Below are positions 1 through 12,068 of a stretch of DNA of 64,000 nucleotides, piece by piece; positions within the stretch are counted from its first letter, which is position 1; every line of letters begins with the position of its first letter. Under the pieces are notes generated by a model. That model was not told where the DNA came from. It was given only the letters and a program-made list of their open reading frames with translations, and did no database searches. The stretch lies in NCBI GenBank assembly GCA_000934665.2, contig KZ538419.1:1-64000 (forward strand), in the 5' to 3' direction. The DNA comes from Catajapyx aquilonaris (taxonomy: Eukaryota). The translations under genes were made by a program, and so were the position numbers.

Positions 1-74
1 GGGGTGAGTGGGGTTCGCACATTTATGGAAATATGTTTTAAGGGGTCGCAGTTGGTAAAAGGTTGGAAACCACT
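1..74. mobile_element. 3' end of a probable hAT-type non-autonomous element
   Basis: Ends GGGGTCGCA...AAAAGGTTGGAAACCACTG, resembling CAGTGGTT-type hAT/Charlie termini. The other end is outside the window. Confidence 0.4.
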
Positions 75-513
75 GCACTATACATTGTTCTTAAGGTCAC
101 ATAATATTATCACAACACTGTAGGCTACTATGATAAACTTCCAAGGGTCCAGACTTTACGGGCCACCCTGTACTGAGGGAACATCTTTACATAAACGATC
201 ACGGGGGAGAAACGTGACCTTGGCATATACGACTCAACTTGACGGGAACGGGGGGAATCTGGAGTTGCTATGGTGGTTGAGTCACCTTCCAAGAGATGGC
301 AGGAGCATATTGAACTGGGTTTGGCACCGCAAAGGTCGCCTTCTCTATGCACATCCTCGAGCGCCAAATTCAAAAACCCTCAGGACATAATAATAATTAT
401 GACGTCAGAGGTTTAATATAAGGAGGGGGGGAGGCAGGCGGAAGAGAGGTCGGGGGGAGGGAAGTATGATGCGGATAATTGTTGGATGAGCATCAGTAAG
501 AACATGACCTACA

Positions 514-607
514 CCGCAGGCCGCAGGCCTAGAAAAGAGCGAGCGAAGCGAGTGGTTTTCTTGGCCTGCGCCCTAGGAAAATACGAGCGGAGCGAGGGTT
601 TTCCTAG
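514..607 (+). mobile_element. Helitron-like 3' terminus
   Basis: Two hairpins containing GAGCGAAGCGAG/GAGCGGAGCGAG. The last stem is CTAGGAAAA(572-580)...TTTTCCTAG(599-607) and ends CTAG followed by T. Confidence 0.55.
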
Positions 608-948
608 TCAACTTTTAAAATAAATAGACAAACAGCAGGATATTATTACACCTTACGAGTAAGTCTATTGAAGCCGCGATTGAAACAGTTGTATGATACT
701 ATTGATACATCAGTACTACATTATAGACAATGAGTATTGAGTAAATGAGTATAAAACCCTCCTGTTATGTAAGGGAATTCACAGACACAGTTGAGAATAG
801 GCCCTACTGTATGTTACTCCTTGATAATAGTCGACGTAATTGGGACAATAAAATGACAAAAAAATATTTCACACAAGTTATGAGTATCTGCCATAAACTG
901 CGCAGATGTGGAATTTCAAACAATTCAGTCATGATTATATTTGCGATA

Positions 949-999
<51 letters not shown>
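949..999. repeat. (AAT)17 microsatellite
   Basis: Read directly from the sequence. Confidence 0.97.
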
Positions 1000-1004
<5 letters not shown>

Positions 1005-1095
1005 CTGTAGTCTATGGTTTAGGCTACCCCTACCATGCGAAAAGCCGCAACAGCACAGTAGGTTATTGGGTCAACTACCAACTATCCGTTTATTT

Positions 1096-2046
1096 CAGGG
1101 TTGTTACAGGTGGGCCCACCTTTAAAAAACCCACCTTACATAAAACCCACTAAAAAGTAAAAATCAACCTAGGCTTTTTCTGTTTTTCATCCAAATGTTG
1201 AAATTTTTTAAAGTTTTCGACACACTGACACAGTCCACAACACAACTCCAACTCGTCATCTCCGAGGTCAACTCCCACTCTCCCAGTCTGGCAGTCTCCC
1301 ATCCAAGATCCAATTGAAGCACTGAGAACCAGAAGATGTTAAGTCCATTTTTGCCATTTTTCAGGAGAGCAGTTTGAAAGTTTCAAAATAATGTTTGAGT
1401 ACCTTTCGTTGACATTAGAGTCTCCGTAATTTTTTTGTGGTATCACTACTATGGTAAGTTAATGTAATGTAAATATGGAGTTCCTTTTAATTTTAATTGT
1501 AATGTTTAACCACTTAAATGAGGAAATGCAGGGAAATAATATTTCATAAATTAATTTTAGTTCCTTTCTTAGGCCTTAATGTGATGACAATAATTCTAAA
1601 TACATTTTTATGAATTCCCTTTTTGGACTTATCAACATCTGGCACGAAATTTCTCTTCGGTGCTTAGAGTATCCCGGTCTGAAAGGGGGACTTGTAATTA
1701 TCTGGCTCGGATAAAACATTTTTCTATGAAAATATGCCCGATAGAGGCATAGAGTTTGCCCTTATCTCAAAATCGCCAAAAATGGACTTAGCAACTTCTG
1801 GTTCTCGCTGCTTCAATTTGAAAATTCGAACTGCGTCAGTGAGGAATTCCCTCGCATCTTGCAGTCATTGGTTCTCCCGAGTGGCGCATTATTTAATAGC
1901 ATTCAAGATTTCCAGTGGACATTACGCAGTGATGAAACGATACATTAAATTGCCAGCATAACACCTAAAACTCCAAAAAACCAGAAAACCCAATAAAACT
2001 CGTAGTGGGTTGGGTTTTTAAATAACCCGGGTTTTTTCCAACCCTG
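1096..2046. mobile_element. Non-autonomous hAT-family DNA transposon
   Basis: Termini CAGGGTTG...CAACCCTG. Perfect 8-bp TSD GTTTATTT at 1088-1095 and 2047-2054. Subterminal AAAACCCA motifs. Confidence 0.85.
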
Positions 2047-2887
2047 GTTTATTTAATATGGAGCCCTGTGTTTGACTCTAAACAACTCCCAGGCAAATTA
2101 TCCCCAAAAACATAATGGTATGTATCATTAGAAACCTTGTTTAAATCCACGTTACATATGTGCGAGTTGTTGTCCTATCGTCAGTCTCTTTGAAACATTG
2201 AGATCGACATTTCTGTAATCATAATTAAGTTAATTGCACGCCTATGTTATCTCGGCTGTTTATAATCCGAATTACTTCGCGAATGTATCGACGGCAAGCT
2301 ACAAATGTGCGTGATAAGATTACATTGTGCTCTATTACACTTAAAATGTTAAAAGTATTGTTTTAGTAAGCCGCTTTCTGGCGGGAATAGACGGCGATAC
2401 TTTTAAATACTTTAAAAAATGTAGTGTAGCCTAATAGAGTACGGTGTAATCTTATCACACACACATTTCTGGCTGACCGTCGATACATTCGCGAAGTAAT
2501 TCGGATTATAAACAGCCGAGATAACATAGGTGTGCAATTAACTTATTTATGATTACATAAATGGCTATCTCAATGTTTCAAATATACCATTAGATAGACA
2601 AAGATGTGGACTATCCAGAGTTCACAGGTGGATTTTTTTTGGACTCCTGAAAGTGTCATAAAAAATTCACTTTGCGGTGCAACGTCGGCAACTAGTCAAA
2701 AATGACACTTTTCCGCCTTCTATTTACGATACAAAAACTAGAGACTGACGATAGGAAAACAACTCGCATATGTAACGCGGATTTAAACAAGCTTTCTAAC
2801 GATACATATACCATTAATTTTTGGGATAATTTGCCTGGGAGATGTTTGTTAGAGTCAAACACAGGGCTCTATATTAAATAAAGGGAT
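2047..2887. mobile_element. Foldback/MITE element with long inverted arms
   Basis: ~2050-2190 is the reverse complement of ~2740-2882, and ~2190-2340 of ~2425-2582. The right arm carries an extra ~155 bp. The left tip (TATCCG at 1083-1088) is displaced by the hAT insertion. Confidence 0.8.
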
Positions 2888-2892
2888 AAGTA

Positions 2893-2950
2893 TGTAAGGA
2901 ACTACTACAGGTGATTGACTATAGTCAATCACCTGTAGTAGTTCCTTACA
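2893..2950. repeat. Perfect 58-bp palindrome
   Basis: TGTAAGGAACTACTACAGGTGATTGACTA|TAGTCAATCACCTGTAGTAGTTCCTTACA. Confidence 0.95.
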
Positions 2951-2991
2951 GAATTCCCAAACATTTCCCTACATTACAGACACAAAGACCC

Positions 2992-3273
2992 TTATAGTGT
3001 GTAGATTATATGTGGTGCAACTTGTGCAGAGGGCTTGACTGTTGCCAATTTGTCACTGATATCATCGTATTTTTCAAATGGTCCATCTATCCTCTTACAG
3101 TACGCTACGTAATGGCCCACCGTCTCATGGTTTCCGCTATGGCTAATCCCTACGATACCCCGCAGCTGGTAGTTCTTCTCTTCAATACGTATCATGCTTG
3201 GGAGGTCTTTCAAAGCGAAGGAACGTACCAGTTCCGTATTGACCCCTTCGCCATTTGAGGGGTCAGTGCACAT
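2992..3273 (-). pseudogene. Fragment with a ubiquitin-specific protease (C19) His-box-like motif, probably TE-borne
   Basis: YQLRGIVGISHSG...GHYVAYCKR...YDD matches the USP His-box pattern. No Cys-box upstream; flanked by TE debris. Confidence 0.55.
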
Positions 3274-3559
3274 AATATCCTTATATCCACCAATAAGTGA
3301 TTCATATAGTGGAAGTATTCACATACCTGGTTCCGATGCACATAGAACTTTTTGATATGGTAAGGATCCGTACATCACGTTACATCACGGTATTATAAAT
3401 AATAAATTGAATGAAGCTGTTACAGTACCATTCAAGTCTGTTTCAAGTCTCAATATTATGCATAATTTTTCTGACACATTGCACTAAACGTTTGTGAAAG
3501 TTTTGTTGTGTTTCATGCAAATGAAAAGGCTAGGTGACGAGAGTCCTTGAAGGAAACAT

Positions 3560-3755
3560 AGCTGTTCCATATAGGACCCGTTCCAGGTTGAAGAAATCGC
3601 CGTGAGCCAGCACTGATCCCACTGTCGTGGAAGCTGGGATGTGCCTTTCCCTGGGCTATGATCGAGCAACCAGTTTGTCACAAGGTTCTGCATCTCGGCG
3701 TCCGATGAAAACCTTTGCCACGCTTTGACCTTTCAGATATTTCTTGAGGGGGCCG
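3560..3755 (-). mobile_element. Mariner transposase C-terminal remnant
   Basis: GPLKKYLKGQ, a frameshift, then RFSSDAEMQNLVTNWL...LPRQWDQC, matching the typical mariner C-terminus. Confidence 0.75.
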
Positions 3756-3894
3756 ATTATTATTATTATATGCAATTTACTTCAGATATTCATGTGCGAT
3801 TTCCATTTTAACTATTTATATGCAATTTTATACAGGAAATTGACACTTACAGCTAATAAGCTGCTGTTTAGTAGCTGCTTAAGGAACACCATAA

Positions 3895-4470
3895 TTGAAA
3901 TCGCGATATCTTTGAAACCGAAGCAGCACAAACGGCCATAGTCGAGCACAAATGAGCACAAACAGGGCACAAACGATTCGCCCAGTTGAAATTTCGAAAT
4001 TCGCTAAGCTAGTGCTGTGGTGACCAGCGTTAACTTGACCACACAACAATATTGGCCTCGCTGTATCTCGAGAACTGTTGCAGCACAAACCCCCATCTTC
4101 GGGCACAAATCAGCACAAACGCAGCACAAATGATTTCCATCGTTGAAATTTTGAAATTCGCTTTATTTCAAAAGCGTTATTTTGGCCCGACCAAATTAAA
4201 ATCGCGATAGCTCTGAAACTAAACCAGCACAAACGCCCATATTCGAGCACAAATCAGCACAAACGTAGCACAAACGATTGGCACCGTTGAAATTTCGAAA
4301 TTCGAAAGTGGTTGGGCTACCGTTAAACTGGCCCAACCAAATTGAAATCGCGATAGCTCTGAAACTAAACCAGCACAAACGCCCATATTCGAGCACAAAT
4401 CAGCACAAACGTAGCACAAACGATTGCCATCGTTGAAATTTCGAAATTCGAAAGTGGTTGGGCCAGTTTA
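3895..4470. repeat. Tandem satellite, ~147-bp unit rich in CAGCACAAA
   Basis: Near-identical units start at ~4198 and ~4345 (AAATCGCGATAGCTCTGAAACTAAACCAGCACAAAC...). Degenerate copies extend back to ~3895. Confidence 0.85.
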
Positions 4471-4637
4471 ACGGACATCAACAAAAATATTATTCATTCG
4501 GGTATGCCACGATGTCGCAAACCGTTCCTATATTGGGTATGGCCCTATTATGTGAACCAAGAAGTAGGGCTTCCAGTGAATTGGAATGACATTTAATTTT
4601 ATAAAGTACTCGTACTACATACTGGATTATAAGGAAT

Positions 4638-4724
4638 AATTGAATCGCTTTTTATAAGAAGGGAACAAGTCCAAAAACCTTACTTTGGACTTGACGTTCC
4701 CTTCTTATAAAACGCGATTCAATT
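4638..4724. repeat. Imperfect inverted repeat (hairpin or mini-MITE)
   Basis: AATTGAATCGC.TTTTATAAGAAGGGAAC...GTTCCCTTCTTATAAAA.GCGATTCAATT. Confidence 0.75.
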
Positions 4725-5134
4725 GGAAATGAAATGTCTGATGTGGTTGTATAGGCCTACTGTATGTTAAGCTCAAACACCTAAGACGCTCATTGAGCGA
4801 GTATAAAACTACCAGGGCGTGTTCAAAGTTCAAACATAACTTACACGCGAGTGTCAGTAACTTTAATGTAAAACAACATCAACTTGGAACGGTACACGTT
4901 GACCATTGTTAACAGCAGCTATCTACGATTTGAAGTAAGCCGAAATAAGAGTCAAAGACTATTTTGTGCTTTAAATTTCTGACTACACCTCGGACTAACC
5001 AATGAGGATATTATTTTAGGACTAGTTCAAAATATGAGAGTGTCACTCATATATTGTTATACTTTTAGAGGCATGTCTTTACAGGTATTTTTAAGTGTTA
5101 CCTTAACTTACAAATGTAATAAAAATTTCCATAC

Positions 5135-5412
5135 CTGATGAAGTGAACAATATTAGGAACTATGAAGTGGTCTACTCCGGTTTCGTTGTCGAATCCTTCA
5201 AAAGATTCCGGAGTGGGATATTCCAAGGTTTCAGATGAGGTGGTAGTAGCAAGTGTGGTGATGTCAGTATCAGGTAATGAGATGTCTTCCTTTCTATCCA
5301 GTGATCTTCTTGCTACTCCAGAGTGGTGGTGGAAGAGAATGTAACTGATGATAATTGCAATTCCTAATAAAAATAGTCGCCTTAACCACGTCATCACTCG
5401 ATTTCTTCTCAT
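5135..5412 (-). pseudogene. First coding exon of a paralog of the GT32-like gene at 16632; downstream exons not found in the window
   Basis: TM helix plus SSETLEYPTPESFEGFDNETGVDHFIVPNIVHFIR, nearly identical to the 16632 gene, with the same AG|GTATG donor. Only TE debris lies downstream. Confidence 0.7.
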
Positions 5413-7867
5413 GTTGCAGTGAAACTGTTCAAGAGAAAAAAATCATGATGTAAAAAATGTTCATTTTTGTTGAAAAAATAAATACATGTATTAGGATCCT
5501 GTTCAAACTGAACTAGACTGGTTTTTACCTCCTCCTCTATTCCTCATGGAAAATAATAATCTTTAGACTTCATTTTTTCAGGAAAATGCTTCCTGGCGAG
5601 ATCAATATAACTGGAAGATTGGTGGAGCATTATCAGCGTATCCGAGGATATACGCGTAATCACGCGTAATTATTGATTTTTTAAACATATACGACACCAT
5701 CTCTGTATTTATCTCTTAAAGATAACCCAAGAATTTCTGAACCTAGATAGCACGTGAGCTGAAAAAAACGACCTGAGTCACTATGCTACATTCTTGTGTG
5801 CACATTGTTATTCATTTCCTAAGACACTGCCTCTCTGATGTTAGTCTCAGGAAGTATACATTGTACACATAGTTCAGCTCACCGTTTTTTCCTCCTATAG
5901 TTGTGTTCTTTCAGCTCGTGACCAGTGTGCCTCTTATTCTCTGCTCTGACTTGCAGCAAGGATGAATGTCGAATGGTAACGATCAGTAGCCAAGTATTAA
6001 CTTTGCGAGACCTTCGTTGGGAATCCACCACTGTATCCTTTGTAAGATGAAAGCGATAGGAATATTTCTGGTACAGACAGTGGTGATGTTCCAGATGCAA
6101 AAATGACACCAGTGCTGGAACTATAAGTCTTCGCGTATCATGCAACACTGTGCTAGAAGCTTATCTCTTACTGTTAGTGTAACCACGTGTAAACATCTCA
6201 TTTTTAGAAAAAGGTTCCGTTTCGTTGGCAGAAGATAAGTTATGTGGTACTTGCCTTTCCTCATGGGGCGTGGGACCAGCTAAAAAAAGAAGAAATTCAG
6301 GTTAATCTTCAAATGTATAATATGTTACACGAATTACATAATGTGTAACGAAGTTAACTAAATCCAGATAACGTAGGACAGGGTTGCAAGAAATCACTGA
6401 GGTATACCCATCCATTGCAGGCTGGATTACTCCTAGTCAATGGAGGTTTCAGAAGACTGTGAAGTGCCAAGGTGGCGGGATCCGCAGTCCGCAGAAATCA
6501 TCGTCATGGCACTCGTCGAGTTTTTAGATATGACTCGTAGCACTTGAGATCGGAAAGAGGCTACTGCCTGATCCTCAGTCCACCGACTTATTTGCGAGAC
6601 AGCACACAAAAACTATAGGTCCAAAGGGGTAACTTTCCCTCCAAAATAAGATCTGAAAGCCGGGGACTTCGTGTAAGGCAAATGCCTATAGACTTATTTA
6701 AAAATTTCTCCATTTCATTTCAACACAGGTCTGCATTCGACAGGGCAACATTTTAATAGGAGTGGACCTACAGTAGATTGACAACGGCAACCCGCAAAGT
6801 TATTAGGTGTGGTGCTACCGCTGAGAATAGGCCAAGATGGAAAAAATAGCAATAAGAAGTAGAGCTGAAGTGATATAATATTAGTGTAACCCTTCATTGC
6901 GGGTTAATCCAGTAAAAAATAAAATTATATACTTTCTGCTTCTCGTGAAGGAATTTAACAAAATAGTATTGATTCAAAAAGATATGCTTCTCTGGAGCAC
7001 GGGTCAAATGTACTGTGTGTGCTGCATTGTATACTGTAATACATACTTGCGATTTTACATGATTACGTACTGTCCACATCTCCTTCTAAAGATAGAATAC
7101 CAGCTAAGCCTCAAAAGAATACACGACATGACGGACGTTGCCACCTTATGTTGAAGGACCTGTATTTAAAAATTTGCAAGAAACTTAGGCCGAGATTACA
7201 CGAGGCCATTACCCCCACCTACACACTGATACATGGTGTAACTGTCACACGGAAAATAGGCATGCACGATGAATGCTGGATGAAATAAATCACTGAATAA
7301 TTATATTATGGCATGTGATTTACCGTCTCAAGAAGATGTCAGATATGTTATCTGTATAGACTACGGACGTAAGATATTGTGTTTGTTCATATGGGCATGT
7401 ATGCTTAACGATATGAAACCTTTTTTGAGAGGCTCTGCTCTGCCAAGGTAAACTGAACGTTTATGGATGACCATCTCACTTCTTCACGTGTGTTCATTTA
7501 GGAAGTCAAGAAAAGGCATACGATAACCTTTCAACCAAATAATCAAGAAATCATTGCAAGGTAAAATAACACGTGGTCCGCAGATCGAAATCCAAACGAA
7601 TTTCTACGTACAGAGGTACACATAAAATTTAATGTAAAAAATAACTTCTCCAGGCACATTAACTGTGCCGAGAAACTTATTTCCTGATTTTAGAACTCCT
7701 TATCCATTTATAGGTTTCTTGAACCACTGTGTATTGATTGTATAGATTGACACCAGCTGGAGCTGGTTTAGCACACTTCCGCTCTCTCAGGGCTTATAAG
7801 AGAGTCCTTCCAGTGATACCACCTACTGCAAGATGACGTGGATGTGACGCAACTCCGGATCTTCATG

Positions 7868-10800
7868 TGCCATACTGCCAGGAGACATAGGATAGATCAG
7901 ACATATCCTTTCGTCATGATCCCCCGGGGTAATATTTTTCTAAGCTTACGCCGTCAACAAGTTGTTGGAAAAGGGACATTGACATTATCTCTCGTGTCAG
8001 TGTTGATCTGTTGCATTTTTTATCTCTACAACGCATGTGAAGGTAGGCTTCTAATTTACATACTGTACGTATAGGCGTCATATTAGCATAATATGATACA
8101 AAATATTTATTTTGTGGCCAGTTACACTTTCTGCATGTGTACGTCTGCATTTGTATGGGTATTTTCGACGTACAGTAAATAGAGGACCCTAATCTTTATG
8201 CATGCTGCCTTAAAATGTTGCAGAAAAAGTAGATGCAATTACGCAGCATGCAGTTAACCTGAAAGTTGTCAACAGATATTATTTCGTGACATTAGTTTCT
8301 TAATATTTCAATTTCAGGTACAATGCTTTCTTGTTTGTTTACTTTCAGCATAGTTCATTATTCAAAGTGCTGCTTGCTTGTTACATGGGTATCTTGAACT
8401 TTGCTTATTGTGTAGTTCCCTTATGGGTCATGTATTTCAATCTTTTTTGCTATTTATTTCGGTTTGACTTTAATTTATGTCAGCAGGGTTAGCAGCAAAT
8501 ACGGTATGTTCTGACAATGACTTAAGGAAGGTCAGTGTATTAATAATTGAGCATGTGAGGGTAATACTTTACGACTAGTCTACCATGCATTGAAGCAAAA
8601 TTGAAACGGAGATTATATTTTATTTTATTTCACACAAGGCTGGATTGCTTATGGGTTCGCATTTAAGCATAAAAAGAATGAATAACTGAAATGCAAAACG
8701 AACAGTTACATTTTAGTCATACTTGAATTATGTGCGCAATGTAAATTATTTCTTGATACGTAACTTCTAAATGTCAGGTTGCTAGTAGTCTATTGTTTGT
8801 TCCTTTCCAGACCAAGGGTAGAAAAATTTGGACAAAATAATGTTCTAGAAAACGGTTCAAAATATCGGAAAATTATTCACGTGTGACTGATCATTCAGCA
8901 TTTGAGGTTCTTACCTCATTACTCTCCTCCCTGCGTGATCTATCACATTAGTTGTTCATATATTTCCTTTTCCGTAATGTACCCTAAAATAATGGGAAAT
9001 TGTGAAAACAATAAACATTACGTATATAATACTTGAGCACACATAAAATCTATATTCCGATATATTGACACATTGTATGATTGTATTTTCTCTCATTATT
9101 GTCTTGGTCTATCTCATAAAAGTATGATATTAAATTTATAACAGCTGGCATGACGTTCTCAATTGATAATACTGTAATAATTATAACTTATTTCAGTCAA
9201 GTGTATGGACTTTATTTTATAGGTAATATTATGGCATATGGCTTCACAATAAAACAAGGGCAAGCACATGATGTTAGACTCAATATTTCCAAACATAGAG
9301 AGCTACCAATCTGCAAAATCCCACAAGACATGCTCACAGAATATGAAAATCTGACAACTAGGTAAGAAAAAAAGTCTACTATTCCCATTATGTTATCTAA
9401 AAGAAAATGAGGTTAGTGAACTCGCAGTCTTGGTCAAGAAAAAGTCTGCATGTAATGTCCAGTATTAGTAAGGTTTCTTGTTCGACTCAATTGCACTGGT
9501 ACGCCACATACTGTTGGTAGTAATATTTGGAATGTCGTCGAGCAAATAAAAACCTCATATAGCACATTGCGAGAGTGCAGGTTTCTTTTTGACAGCAGAT
9601 TTTCACTAATTTAATTTACATTATTAATCCACAGGGACATGAGACATTACATCCACCAGGAAGAAGACTCTGTTATTGTCGAGCCAGATCACTTTTGCGA
9701 AGAAAGCGATCCCATTTTCCTTTTATTTCTGATTCACTCGGCCCCTGGCAATACGGATCAAAGAGAAGCAATTCGCAAGACTTGGAAAAGAAATCTTCTG
9801 GCAATAAGGCCAGATATTCGTCTCGTATTCTCCCTGGGAGTTCCGAACGACCTGAGTCATCAGGTAGGCTAACTGCTACTGCAGCTATGCCTTCATGAAT
9901 GCCTCTGTAATGCACGCACTTTCATTGACAAACTACAATATATTTCCTCAATTAGGATCATATAGTAGAAGAAGCGAAAGTTCACAAAGATATTGTGCAA
10001 ATGGAATTTTGTGATTCTTACTTCAATATGACACTCAAGCAAGTGTATGGCCTTCAATGGATTTTATGGAGGTGTCCCCAGGCAAAGTACGTTTTCAAAG
10101 GAGACGACGACAATTTCGTACACCCATTGAATTTACTCCATTTTCTGCTTAATCTAAAAGAGGTGAGTCAATTGACAATGATTTTAGTTATTGTCTTCGT
10201 TTTAATTTTCATTAACTCGAGTCTCTTACGTAAGTCTTAATACTTAAGAGAGCCTTTTCTTAAGTTACATTCTGTCGCAAGAAAAACTACGGTGCATTTC
10301 GCAATTCTGGTGACGTACAAAAGCCTCAGCAGCACAAGAAAGAAACATTTCAATTAAATTGAGACAACTTTTTTTTCCCCCCGGAGTTAGTTCCAAGTTG
10401 TTCCGGAGTTAGACCAAATAACTTCTCGGAAGTGCAAGGAACCCCTGAACCTTTTATGATATTTCTGAGAAACTTTAAATGAGGGTTACGAAATTGATAA
10501 GACGAGTCCAAAAAAATGCACCGTACCGAAGATTACCAAATGTCTTGTGAGTGACTTTGTCTTATCTTTTCTCCAGGCCGATCTGCACCAGTTACCTGAA
10601 GCAAGTTGCCAGTATGCAAACATGACGTACCTTATGGCGGGATTTGCCTTTTACGACCTGGCAGTGATTAGGGATACCGATAGCAAGTGGTTTGTTCCTG
10701 AAACTGCGTACCCAGGTGAAGTGTACCCGCCCTACTTCACAGGAGCCGCTTTCTTATTTACGGGAGAGTTGATCCCGTTATTGTACAGGGAGAGTCTGGA

Positions 10801-11071
10801 AGCACCTTTCATTCACATTGACGACGCTTTTCTTGTTGGGATCGTGGCCTCACAAAACCTGGGCCTTGAAATAAATGATCACACAGGTTTTCACACAGAG
10901 TACACTTGTAACCCCAATAACTTCATTGTGGTGAACGATGTTGGACCCGAGACTCTGCTGCAAATGTGGGGTGACACAGATGATGTCATGCGCACAGAAT
11001 TTAACATATTATGTGAGAGTTCAAGTGAGAGTTCAAATGATACGACTGCTGTGGAGTCCACTATCACGTAA
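7868..11071 (+). CDS. GT31 beta-1,3-glycosyltransferase (beta3GalT/brainiac family), copy 1
   Basis: Exons ~7868-8042, 9223-9361, 9635-9863, 9956-10162 and 10577-11071, all GT-AG and phase-compatible. N-terminal TM. Motifs IHSAPGN...REAIRKTW, DSYFNMTLK, FKGDDD, YPPYFTGAAF, IDDAF. Start codon uncertain. Confidence 0.9.
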
Positions 11072-11128
11072 GGATCTCTGTGTTTCTATGAAAAACGCAA
11101 TGAAAATTAATGTTCACCTTCAGTCTTG

Positions 11129-11159
<31 letters not shown>

Positions 11160-12068
11160 GATCCCTGATGATAATATGCCCACAGAAGGTAATATGGCCA
11201 ATGGGCTGTATCTCGGTTAGTTACAGCGAAATTATCAGAAGACTATGTTTCGACGTTTGTGCTGCGTGCGTCTTGTTGTGTCACATTATGCAGGATACCG
11301 TCATACAGGGTGAGCTTGTGCCATGTTTTGAGGTATTTCTTACGGTTACGAGCAAAGTAATTGATACATATTGGAACGAATTTTATGTAGTACAACATTG
11401 CTGCTTATACCACCTTTCAGATCATATGTGAAAATAATTTTTATATGCTAAGGGAGGGGAGAGATAAATTCTTTTCCGCGACACAATCTAGCCCCGTCGA
11501 GTGGGGTGAGATTGTGCCAGCCTTTTTAAATGCTAGAAGTTAATATTAAACGTGTCATGGGCACATTCTCACCAGTCTGCCTGTAAAACTGAGCATCTTC
11601 AACNTTATTTTTGAAATATGGCGCAATTGTAGTAAAAAAAATGCAGTTGACAAGGTGAGATTGTACCACTGTATTTCCCAGTCCCCCCTCCCCATTATTT
11701 AACTGTTGCTATGGGAAGTTAGTAGCCGAAAACCACAATAACGTTCGTTGGCCTGCGGCGCACAAGACGTACAGTACATTCATAATCGGTCGCACATACG
11801 AAAAAATCATCCAGGGCGACGTGCCTTGCATGGCATGGCCACAACAAAGGACAGTACAGGAGCTGGTTTAGCACACTTCCGCTCTGTCAGAGCCTGATAA
11901 GACAGAGAATCTTTCCACCTGTTGCAAAATAAAATGTGACGCGTGTGTACGTGTGACGCAACTCCGTATCTTCATGCGCCATACTGCCAGGAGACATGGC
12001 AAACGACCAGACATGTTTCATTTCGTCATGATCACTTCTGAGCAAAGCTCACAAAGGTTCCGCGTTCA

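Noticed and set aside
745..1125. Poly-Asn and poly-Leu ORFs
   Set aside because: They are translations of the AAT microsatellite.
3895..4470. Repeat array as a CRISPR
   Set aside because: The whole ~147-bp unit repeats with no unique spacers, there are no cas genes, and the context is eukaryotic. It is a satellite.
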